Below, in pieces: positions 11,950-22,495 of a DNA stretch of 64,000 bases. The stretch is from assembly GCA_036172245.1 (NCBI GenBank), contig JAYWIR010000017.1:3224001-3288000 (forward strand), written 5' to 3'. The stretch comes from Raillietiella orientalis. Taxonomy: Eukaryota. How positions within the stretch are numbered: position 1 is the first letter of the stretch; each line of letters opens with the position of its first letter. The notes beneath the pieces were generated by a model. The model had not been told where the DNA came from, did no database searches, and saw only the letters and a program-made list of their open reading frames with translations. The translations under genes were made by a program, and so were the position numbers.

Positions 11950-13400
11950 TTCGTCGTAGCTCTATCAAAAATCTGATTCAGAATTCCCACTTAAATCATT
12001 CTGTCGAATAATCCACACTTTTTGAAATCTCAGTAACAATCCTGCATCACTTTCATGTGATGCATTCACCCTGGGTAGAGTTGAGGCAGCAAGACCTTGG
12101 TGGCTCGCCAGCAGGGTAGGATGATTGCTTGGAGCACCTTCGCATTGAAGAACTGCCGCCCGTGTCGAATCCACACGCGGTGTTCGGCTGGATGTGTGCT
12201 GGTAGAGCGTCACTCAGCGCACACGCTCGAAGGACCGATGTATCGTGATGTGCAGACGTCATGAGGGAGGTGTTGATCTCGGGCACGGGCTACGTTTCTC
12301 CGGGGAATTCATTCTGAACATCAGAGAGAGGGATGTTGACAAACCTGCGATCTCTTCGTTTGGCCGCCGAAATCGTTCTTGTCCCGTCAAGCGCCATGGA
12401 AACTGTGTGCTGCAGCTCAAGTGAAGCTGCGCTGTGCCAAAACAAGGGCGCACAGGACTTCGCGCTCCTTGTAAGGATCCAAATTCTTACGGCAAGTGTC
12501 GTTGCACTCCTCTTGTCGGCCATCATCTCTAGTTCTAGGTACAAACCCGTGCGTAGTGCTCCCACTGTGGTTCTCGCTTTCTGGTTCTTCGTGTTCTTTA
12601 TCCAAACCGGAAAACGTGCAGCATGGTTTGCCCGGATCATTCGCTGCTCCACCCATCACCCCGGTCTCCTCTCCACCCTCTGAACGGGAAGGTTGCTAAC
12701 AACTTTACGACGGTTGCCACCGAACCAGCTTTCATCAAGGGTGGCTGCCCTTTCTGGTTCGTTTCTCAGCTTCTTGAAAAGCTCTGAGAGTGCATCCCTG
12801 AGAGGTGAGATGAAATATTGCTCCATATTGTTCTTCGGCTGCGAAAAGATGAGTGCAGTCTAAACCGGCAACCTTCTGGGTTACAGCACGGGCCAGCAAA
12901 CTCTCTCTATACCCGTTGAAGGATGAACAGTTCCTCGGCCGTGGTCCGCCGGGAAACCCAAGAGAATTTCACCTCCTGAATCGGAAAGTCCTAATTTGGC
13001 ATGTCTCATTTTTGCCTGCTTTCCCCTGACCTTTCAAGCTCAGCTCGTGGGCAGCTGAGTAGACGCTGATGCAGTCACGCATCCATACATCACACGCGAC
13101 GGCGGCCTGTCCAAACATTCGCTGGTGATCTGTGGGTGCTTCTGCAAAAGAAGGGATCAAAGCTGGGATTTGCCCAATGCCCAGCTGCTTCCGCATTTCC
13201 GTTCAGTTTTAGTCCTCGGCTGCAGGCAAGTGCAGGGGCAAAGCACGTGCTTCCCGATCACCTCGAAAATCCTGATCGAGGCTCACTCCGCTGACGGACA
13301 TGCTGCCTCGTTCTTTGCCACCGTTTCCCACCTTTATAAAGGGCTGCTGCTGCCGCCAACCTCATCAGTTTTTGGCTGTGGAAGCGAAACTCGATGTGAT
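11950..13400 (-). mobile_element. Decayed L1/Tx1-like ORF2 (linker plus RT N-terminal motifs)
   Basis: KARTTVGAL (KSPGxDG), INTSLMTS (RPISLL), ALPAHIQPNTACGFDTGGS (IxPxQxGFxxGRS), LLASHQ..LPRVNASH (LDQEKAFDRV). Confidence 0.5.
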
Positions 13401-14062
13401 TAAAAACCCTGATGCGATTCAAAATTCCATTTGAACATTCGTATTTCAACTTTGAAGAACTGAATCCACTGCTTCGTCAATAATTTTTTTTTTTCCATTT
13501 GTTTTTGGAAAAGGGAATTTTTTCTTTCAGTGCAATGAGGAACGTCTTTCTGTTGCTCCTTCAAAATGCCCAACAGAAGATCAGATCTTCCTGGACAGAA
13601 AGAGTTCTTTCCTGATTGCTACCGGATCGACTGCAAGGCGATGGCCCTACACCTACAACATTCAGATTCGAAAGAGGTCTTGCTACCGATCCTCCATAAG
13701 CTGGATCCTGAAGAGGCTGCGAAAAACTGAAACTGAGCCTTTTGAAAAAGCTGCTTACCGAACGAGTTCTGGAACCTTCTAAGCAAAAATGCAACGGTCA
13801 GAGAATGTACACTAAAAATGGAGGAGAGGGGGGGAGTTCCTATTCGATCGCCTCTTTAGCTTTTTGGATGATTCAGTTAAGTCGAAAACAAATAACAGCG
13901 AAAGGAGCCAAAGATCTCAGTACGTTTTCGAGGAATATTCCTTTATCTCTCATTCTGTTCGTGCCAATCATGATGTACATAAATTAGGCGAACGGCGTAC
14001 ACTGTCTCCTACTAAATGGGTTTGGTTCAAAGTACAGAGCGATCAAGACCCCGAAAGATTTT

Positions 14063-14654
14063 AAAAATAAATAAATATGTTCATTATACATGTTAATGCA
14101 TATGTTTACATATATTTAAATATACAAATTTATTTCAATACAGATATTCATCAATGTTTATAAATATACTTATTATTAACAGTAATATTATTTTAGCATA
14201 TAAATTTATTAAAATTTATTAACATATATATTATTGACGCAATTAATGAAATGTTTACCATCATATTAATATGTATATTTATATATAGATGGGCATGTAT
14301 TGTCAAGATTATAAAGAATACGTATATATGCTTATTATGTATATTAGCACATATATTTATGCATAGATTAATATATGAATTTATATTAAGAGAGGGATAT
14401 TTCTCGATATTAACTAACTTATATATTATTAATTAATTAATAAGGTGCGTTAATATATTCTTAATATATATATCGAAGGTTATAAAACATAATAAGTATC
14501 TTCATGATTTATATATATATTTACATGTATATTCATACATACAAATAATGTGCATATTTATTTTTTATAATCTTATGAACATATTAATCCACATATGTAT
14601 TTATATATAAATATACACATCAATATGTATAATAAAGCTATGTATATTTAATGT
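14063..14654. repeat. Extremely AT-rich low-complexity (TA/TATG-like) tract
   Basis: About 600 bp dominated by A/T with abrupt boundaries against GC-moderate TE sequence. Confidence 0.85.
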
Positions 14655-16900
14655 TTATGAATTTTCGGGATTTCCGTGTTCGGGAATTTGATCGCCGGCG
14701 CTACAAAGTAAACAGCGGGTTTTCCGTAGAGATGCACTCCATGGGGAGGAATTTCCGGAGGTTGCATCATGAGCACTCATAACTTGCAAGGAAGAATCAT
14801 CAAGCATTGTTGGACAAGTGGGATCAGAGGTCGGTTCTGAACTCCATTCATCATGTGGATACTCCACTTGAAGTCCATCCTCCACAGCTATTCCAGAAAT
14901 GTTGCTTGCCCGGAATTTCAGAATGCGGAGTTAAGTAAAAAAGTCGGGGATTCTGGAATCGCAGTCTTCCCTTTAGATTCTTTGGTAGGAACATATCTAG
15001 AGCTCCAGAGCGTGGGATAAGCAGACTCCAGAATGTGGGATGAGAGACCTACAGAGTGTGGGAAGAGAAACTCTATAGGATGAGAAACCTCCAGAGTGTG
15101 GATTTTTTGTATCGTCTCCTCCTTCTGCAACCAACTGACGGCGCTTTTCCTGGACAGAGGAGAGGTCTCAGTTTCCGTGCAATGGAAATGCTGCAGTCCA
15201 AGCCAACATGTAAAGAATGTGAACGATGGGTCGTCAGGCGTCAGGGAGCACACAGAAGCACTGGACCTTCGAGCGGGAAGAATCCAAGGTGAACGCTTAG
15301 ATGTTCACGTCCCACATTGAACACGTGGCGACGCAGCTCCAGCTCGCGCACGCTCCAGAACAGGGAAGCATGGCATTTCCCTCGTAGAGGGATACTTAGA
15401 TCAGGGGGAGGTCGTGCCCTGTGTAATTATGAAGTTGGCTGGAGGCAGCATCGGCCGACTTGGAGATGGCCTGACCGAGGCTGCACCACCCTTGCGTGCA
15501 GTACCCCGCCAAAAACGGCGCAGGCGGCAGAAGATGCGTGGTTTGGGAAGAGTTTTGCATAGGTCCTCAACCACCGTGCAAGAAACTCCGGTTCTGTCAC
15601 CAAGACTGCGGATTCGCATTCGGTTGACCCATGTCAGCGAGGGTAGGAGATTCGTAGTGCCCTTTCTGCCTGCCCATCTCGTCTCTGAGACGAGCGCTGT
15701 GCTTTCTGAGGATTCTTCCGCTACGGGCGGTGACCCACCGATGTTTCCTGCACCGGATGTTCGGGCACACCCCTTCCATGCGAATGCGCTGTCTGTCCCC
15801 TAAATTTTCAATCCCCTGGACACCATCGCCGTCCGCCGCATTCCATGACCATCCCGACTGACCTTGCAGTTGCGGGCACTTTCCTCAGGCGAGGTGAGCA
15901 GCCAGTTTTCCCCGTTCTCCTTGCATTTTTCGCCGTTCCTCTTCCAGAACCATCCCTGCCGATTAATAGAACGGGAGCCAGCGGCCAACGGCAAGCCACC
16001 ACCGGGGGTCGATCCGGAAGTCAGGATGAGGGGCGACCGACGTCTCCTGCCTCTGCAAGAACTCTCCGCCAGCTCTGGAGGAAGCGAGGAAAAGGAAGGA
16101 GAGTGAGTAGATGGAGCTCCGTCCTTCCTCCAGGGGAGTGCCTGACTCGATGAGAGCACTGTATCTTCTGGAGCTCAGGATCCAAGGAGCTATGGAAGGG
16201 AGCTCGCTGAGGGAACATGCAGTTCCTTGCATGCGGGCGTAGTACCCGAAGAGGGAGGTGAAGCCCTGTGCTCGCGGGGTGTGACGATGGGTCGGGGCGT
16301 CGAACGTGAGGACCTCCCCTTTGCCCCCTCCCCCTCCCCCTAGGGCGACGAAGACCACGAACGACCGGAAGTGCCGGGAAGCCAAGCCTGGCGATGGTGC
16401 AGACTCTCCAGCTAACATTTGCTGTGCACATCTGAAAACGGCCCTGCATTACTCGCTCCATCGCTGCCCGGTTCCTCTTTATCTGCGCGTCCTGAAACCA
16501 GGGCTGCTCGGGATTGTTCCATCGTGAATTTCCCTTCGAGCATCGTGTCCAACTCTCTCCTTTCGACACCTGTAGCACCCCACCACCACACTCCATACCT
16601 GCTTTGCCCACTCTGAGTGCCTCGGTGATTCTGCACTGTGACCTCCGCCTTACATCCTTCGGGAGCCGTCCGGCGCCTCGTGACCTACTTAGTCAAACCT
16701 TTTGACCTTGGTGGTATCGGGAACAGGATGCTCTCAGTACTGTTCTTCCCCCTCGGCTTCCGGGAACTGGCCGCACTTCCCACGGAACGTCAATACACTC
16801 ACATCAGCAGTTCCTGTCCACGTGACCCCCCGAACATTCCTTTTTAGCACGCAATCTACCTTCTGTCAGCGTACCCTGCATCTTTTCTCAAGTCGCTCCG
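14655..16900 (-). mobile_element. Decayed Tx1-like element: ORF1 (gag-like knuckle) plus endonuclease start
   Basis: GYYARMQGTACSL (YYxGQPKxC), SLFWSVRELELRRHVF (SWNVRGL..KR), PDDPSFTF; truncated at the AT-rich tract. Confidence 0.5.
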
Positions 16901-17134
16901 CACCTTTTTTTTCTCTTGGACAAGGAGAAAGGATGATGGAGCGCTGATTCATTTCTATTGCATCTTTCCACGCGCCCTTCCCATTTCTCCCCTCATTTTT
17001 TATTTTTGGTTTGCCCTAGGAGAGCTGTTTCTCCCCGTGCGGGCATCGGAACGGCTTGATAGCTTGTCACCACGGGAGGTGCATGAGGGTCTTCCACTGC
17101 CAAGTACCCGAGGCATGCGTAAAGCAAAGAAAGA

Positions 17135-17345
17135 GGAGAGTCCACTCCCAGTTCCCGACTCCTAGTAAATGAGAGCTCACCTTACCCATGTGCACCTGAA
17201 TCCTGGAGCGATCCCAGCGCCATCATCACGTGGAGACTCGAAACCAACGACGCATCCAATCACAGAGTCGATCCTTCACGGGTACTCGAACCACGCGGCG
17301 CTTGGTGCCGCGCGAGGACGGTCGTGGTCGCACGGCTCGCCAAAA
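17135..17345 (+). repeat. Dispersed repeat R, copy 3 (opposite orientation)
   Basis: TGCACCTGAA, CATCAT, GTCGATCCT(T/C)CACG and CTTGGT(G/A)CC(G/A)CGCG are collinear with the reverse complement of 20960-21114. Confidence 0.65.
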
Positions 17346-17349
17346 GCGA

Positions 17350-19750
17350 TTCGAATTTCTCCGCCCATACGATCTTCCATTACGATCGGTCATCTGGCGC
17401 CGACTGAACGATTGCTTCCCTATCTGCGAGTGCAGTTGCTTACCAGGAATTTACTTGACCTGCCGCGGGCGCGGAGAAAGCCATGCCACCCAAGGATCTG
17501 TTAGGACAGGGGATATCAATTAGCCTCCGGGTACCAAACTAAATTTCTCTATCTAAAACCAGACGAGGCTCGGATAAGGTCGCACACCGTGCGAGGGGTC
17601 GACACCACAGCAGAATTAACTGCAGAATTCAGAGAGGACAGTTGCCTACCGGCGAGGTGGGAGGTCGCCTACACCATCGCACGAGCAACCCGACCCATAG
17701 GCGGCTGGAGGACTTGCGAGCTGACAGACGCCGCCACGCCTCGCAACATTCCGAAGGGGCTCCTTCGGTGGAGAAAACATTTGAGTGTGCCCCCCGAAAA
17801 ACTTTTCGTCCCTCCCTCCTGCTTGAACACTTCTGTGTTTCCTTTGAGCTGGAAACAGGACGTCATCATGCTGGTGCATTGGGGTTTCCATTGCAACCAG
17901 CTCACGAACCTTGTTTCCCGGGGAGTTGTCTCCTCGAACTGTAAAAGGTGCGGAGAAGCAGAAACGCTCCCCCATCTGCTCTTGGACTGTGGTATCCTCC
18001 AAGGACTGTGGTGGAGGTTGGCCTCAGCTCTCCTGCTCCAGGGGGACACCGCAAGGGATTTGATGCGCCGCTTCTTCACGCTAGGCGGCCTGTCCTTAGA
18101 TGCTGTCATAGCAACGGTCTGTTGCACCCGCGCCATCGACAAGGCCCACCGAGAGCTGGAGACGCAGGCGATTCGTCGACAGGCCACCGGAATAGCCGGC
18201 GTGAACATGGCATCGGCTGCCGAGTGGGCCCATCTTCCAGAGGAAGTTAGGAGCGAGATTACCGGCATCCATAGCCGGTTCTGAAGGAAAGGAACGGCCA
18301 AACCAAAGACCCCTGTCCCCTCCCCTCCCCATACCTTTATTTCTATTTTTTATATCTGTATTTGTGGTCCCCTCCCTCCCGTTCCGGACTTTCGGTTTAC
18401 CGACCTGTGTGTCGGGATCCTCCCCTTCGTTTCTTCTGTGTCCTTTGTCCGGGAACTCTGTTCCTGGATAGTTTGAAATAAACGCCCCGGCTCACCCGGG
18501 TGAGAAACAGCAGAGAAGGCCCAGAGGGCATCCCATCAGCGGGAACCCAGGGTTCGTGCACGACGGAGATGTCGGTGTGTGCTATGGGATGGTCAGTGTC
18601 TCTGTTGGATGTACCACCGACCGTTTCGGGCGGACGTCGTTTTACCGGACGATCGATTCTGTCGGTTCGAAAAGTGAACGAACACTTTTCACGAGAACGG
18701 TCGAGACGACTTCGTCACAAGCAAAATGCACCTACGTTTTCGAAGTCGACGCCTCTGTAGGGCAGTTCAGATCCTTCCTTTCTGACGCTTTCAGCCTCCT
18801 GCGCGCGATTTCATGGTTGCCTTTTCCACCGGTTCCTTCTCCTCCCTTCCATCCCACTTTTCGCCTTTGTGCCCGACTCGGCCGTCCAGGCTCCCGTCAG
18901 CGGCACACTCCAAACCGGATTCGATTACTGCTGCCCTGCTTGCGGAACCTCTGCTCATTAATCTTCGGGTCCGCTTCTAATCGTTTCATCCTTATCTCGC
19001 GAGATCCGCTTTTTGTTCACTCGTTTCTCTTCGTGGCTCCTTTAGCGATTCATCTCACCTCGGTTGGCGCGGTTGAAAGCCGCGGGAACCGAGATGGCTG
19101 TGGAAGGTTTCCACGATCTCCGACATGTCGACCAGGACAATTCCTCTTCCTGGAGAAAACAATGGTTCTTTTTTCCCTCAGCTTCGAAAGCTGGCCTCAA
19201 GGTTGACCTTAGTCGTCTTTTAGTGCTTTTCTTCGGCGTTTCGCTTCCAGCTTTCACATGCTTGATTCGGGAGTGCCAGAAACCTGTTTGAAACTCTCTA
19301 GAGCAGTGCTTCCCAAAGTAGGCGATACCGCCCCCTGGTGGGTGCTGGAACGATTCAGGGGGTGATAGTAGCCTAAAGTGCAATTGGCGGGCGTTGAATA
19401 AAAATAGGGAGATGGGAAGGTGAAAGAATACAGAAAGAGGAGAAGATGAGAGGAGTTTAAGAAAAAGCGCTCGTACGAGATTCATCCGCTGTGCAACATG
19501 GGAAGTCGTGGCCACTCGGTAATTTGTTTCCCAAATACACGCACATCGATTCGTGGTCAAGTCTGCCGACGGGTCTCGTCAAGCAAGTGTCGACAGACAG
19601 AGCGTGCCGCGCACTGTCGGAAAACCCAGCATCCATCTTCAGGAATGCGTGCGTGCCATTACTTGTTCGCAATGCCATATATTGATAGGCGAAATTGTGA
19701 AATTCCAATTTAGATTGTTCCTGAAATGTGTGAGAAGCAGTTCCAAAGAG
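17350..19750 (+). mobile_element. Decayed L1/Tx1-like RT region interrupted by a subfamily-A 3' end
   Basis: EFLRPY..RLNDCF and ISLSKT..KVAHR before the insertion; ISGNPGFV, GSRQRHTP, LLAEPLLINLR and SKAGLKVDLSR after it, so RT motifs run in order across the insertion. Confidence 0.5.
17615..18506 (+). mobile_element. Tx1-like 5'-truncated copy, subfamily A copy 2, with open ORF2 C-terminus
   Basis: Uninterrupted frame to TGA at 18284 with CKRCGEAETLPHLLLDC (zf-RVT); structured 3'UTR; candidate TSD ACAGCAGA at 17607-17614 and 18507-18514. Confidence 0.85.
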
Positions 19751-20959
19751 TTAACAGGACGTAGGTGGAGATGCAGATGCATAAGATAACGCAGATTTGC
19801 CACCGCATCTTCCTCTTTGTTCGCTTAAAGAAGGTACATTTTCAGGGGGGGCTCTGCGTAATTTCGAATCCGAAAAAGGGGTGGTAGGGTGCATAAGTTT
19901 GGGAACCTGTGCTGTAGAGCATCTTGAGCGCTCTGCTGAAAGTCTTGAGAGCTTCGTGGAGCGTCTCGAGGGCTCGGCAGAATCTTGCATGTCTGTTAAT
20001 ATTCTGAACATGTACGGGATTCACAAGCGTCTCCAGAGCTCCCTCAAAGATACTAATATAAATATTATAGGTACCTGTAGTAATTTTGATCTAGTAACAA
20101 GTCATTGATTGAAATTTCCTATATTATGCAGCATATGTTTATGACTTAATGACTCTTTTCGATTTAATCGAATTACATGCTTAAAATAAACAATTTGGAT
20201 ACAGTAAAATTACGTGAAGCTCTCCATTAATTTTGCAATACATTATACATAATGTACATAATTATTGATGAATACATAGCATCCCTAACTAGGAAAAATA
20301 GCATTTACGAAACACAAAACGGCACTTCCTCAAGTGGGTAGATGAAAGATGATACGTAAGCAAGAGTTATTTCTTTTTTCCTTATCTCTTTGCAGAGTGG
20401 CTGAAACTCTACCCCTGTTGTTCTTGCAGTTTGGTCTCTTGCTTTTACTTGCATCTCAGATATTATCCTTTCCAGCTTCTCTGTCAGCGGCGGTGGCACC
20501 ACGAGCAGCAGCTCCGGTCTTCTGCTATTACGAGTTTGTGCTTGCCCCTGCGCTCTTGCGAACATTTTCTCTATGGATGCAGCGACCTTGATGAGGCGGT
20601 TCCTTCCCCTGTCTTCAAAGCCCTTCACCGTTCTCAGGCAGAGTCCTTTGGAACGTCAGAAGTCTTTCTTCTGAGGATGGCAAGGAAGCGAGGAGGAAGG
20701 ACTCCACGTACAACCAGTATGCTGATTTTTCTCGGACGGGCTCAGCAGTAGCAAGTCCATTCTGATGAGCGCAAAACTGAGGGTATGTGGGTGGGTTCGG
20801 TTTATCCGCAACTCGCCGAGTTTCCTTACTTCGTAGAGCCACGAATGGATCAAGACAAAAGTGGCTCCCAATGAGGTAGCTCAGATTGAAGGTATCAGTA
20901 ACCAGGAGACGCTAAAAAAAGTTGACATAGACCTCATTGGCAATACGTTGAGATAGCAG

Positions 20960-22495
20960 TGTCGCTGCGGTCTCTGCGCGTGGTACCAAGTGGTTGAGGG
21001 TTCAGGTCTTCACGTGGAGGATCGACGCCGAGGAATAGGAGGTGCGTTGTGGGTTTTAAGTCCCCTCCGCATGATGACTCTGGTTGACTCATAAGCTTCA
21101 GGTGCAGCACTGGTTGACACCCGGTCCCACCGGGACGTTTATTTATTAAATGAACATCCATATCTGTGGCAGGACTTTTGATATTGAGGCGTTACTTATA
21201 ACTACGAGGAGGAGCCTGCCGGGAACTGACACGCAGGCTAACGGGTTCGCCTCGGCAGCGCAGGAAAAGGAAAGACAAACAAAACGAAAAAAAATAAAAC
21301 AAAAAGCATACATTAAAAAAAAGGGGGGATTCAAGAAGGGATCACTGTGTGCCGGAGGGTGTCCCCTGCATTCTTATAAGGATGACAGCAAGTTCCTGTT
21401 TCAAGACTCCCAGAAGGGGCCATCTTAACGCTATCCTCATGAAAAGCACAGCAACATAGATGGCGTCCCTGTCGTCGTGGCCTCTGGCGTTGCTCCATGC
21501 AGCCACGATTCCGCGTAGGCAGCAAATTGCTGCTAGGGATGCGGCCGGCGTGAGGGCGTCGCACAGGAAGAGGCTCTTAGAAAAAAAGTCCCTTGGCTCT
21601 GGGGGTTCCAAGGGTCACGGCAAAGCGCCCCCAAAGGGGTCAGAGGGAAACACAGTTCACTAGGAGGTGCGGGAGGGGTTCCCGCTTCCCGTACCTTGCA
21701 CAGTTCGGGTCCACCCCTACCCCCCGTGTCCTATGATGCTGGGCTCCAGTGCAGCAGCAGCATCAACGCCAACTCCAGCCAATTTAATGAGAGGGTGGGG
21801 TGTTCATGAGAACCAGGGCCACTGAAGGTCTTTTTCTGGAATACTCAGTAGCAGCCCCAGTGCAAAAGTCCATGAGGTCGAGCACTCGGATTCGCTGCGA
21901 TCGATGATCTGGCCCATAGTCACTCGCTCAGTCTTTTTACCCCTTCGGAGATTTTCATAGTAGTCTCCCATCTAGCCGTAAGGCTGCTGCCCATGTGCTC
22001 CCTAAGGGAGGACAGAGCAGCGGCGAAGGAGGTTCTGCTTGCCCACGCACTTTTCCCGGGATCTTCCAGGATCTCCCGGAGCGTGCAGTTGATACGCGCG
22101 TACAGGAAGCGTCGCCCCTGCTTCCGTCTTGGCTCCTGGATCCCCGCCCACGTGCGAGCGGTTCCCTGCAACCAGGCACCACCGTTCGCAGGGCGGCACG
22201 AGATCCAGCCGTTTTCCTGGCCAGCGTGGTCACCTGCCGAAGATGCAGTCCTCAGTGGATGAGGCTGCGTGGACGGCGCGCAAGGAAGGACGCGAGTCTC
22301 AGGATGCCGGTAGATTGCTGAACGAGGAGGTGTGAGTGTAGGCACCAGTTGGTGCTTCACAACTTCGCCACGAGAGCGAGTGTTCGAAAGTGGAGGTGCA
22401 GCACCGGTGGAAGCCGGAAACCTAATGCCCTTGTTTGCTGGCCGGAGTTAGAAGTGGACCCTTTGGAGTCCTTCCAGGAAACGGTTTTCCCTTCC
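20960..22495 (-). repeat. Dispersed repeat R, copy 4, split by a Tx1 insertion
   Basis: 20960-21114 and 22394-22495 rejoin into R (CTGGCCGG..AGAAGT.GACC..GTCCTT.CAGGAA resumes after the insertion). Confidence 0.7.
21115..22393 (-). mobile_element. Tx1-like 5'-truncated copy, subfamily B copy 2
   Basis: GQENGWISCRPANGG (GK..W..P..GG) and C-terminal AAICCLRGIVAAW..RWPLLG; 15-bp TSD AGGTGCAGCAC(T/C)GGT at 21100-21114 and 22394-22408. Confidence 0.85.

Noticed and set aside
13637..13652. 16-mer GGCGATGGCCCTACAC identical to 8101-8116
   Set aside because: The flanks are unrelated, and about one 16-mer match is expected by chance in 64 kb.
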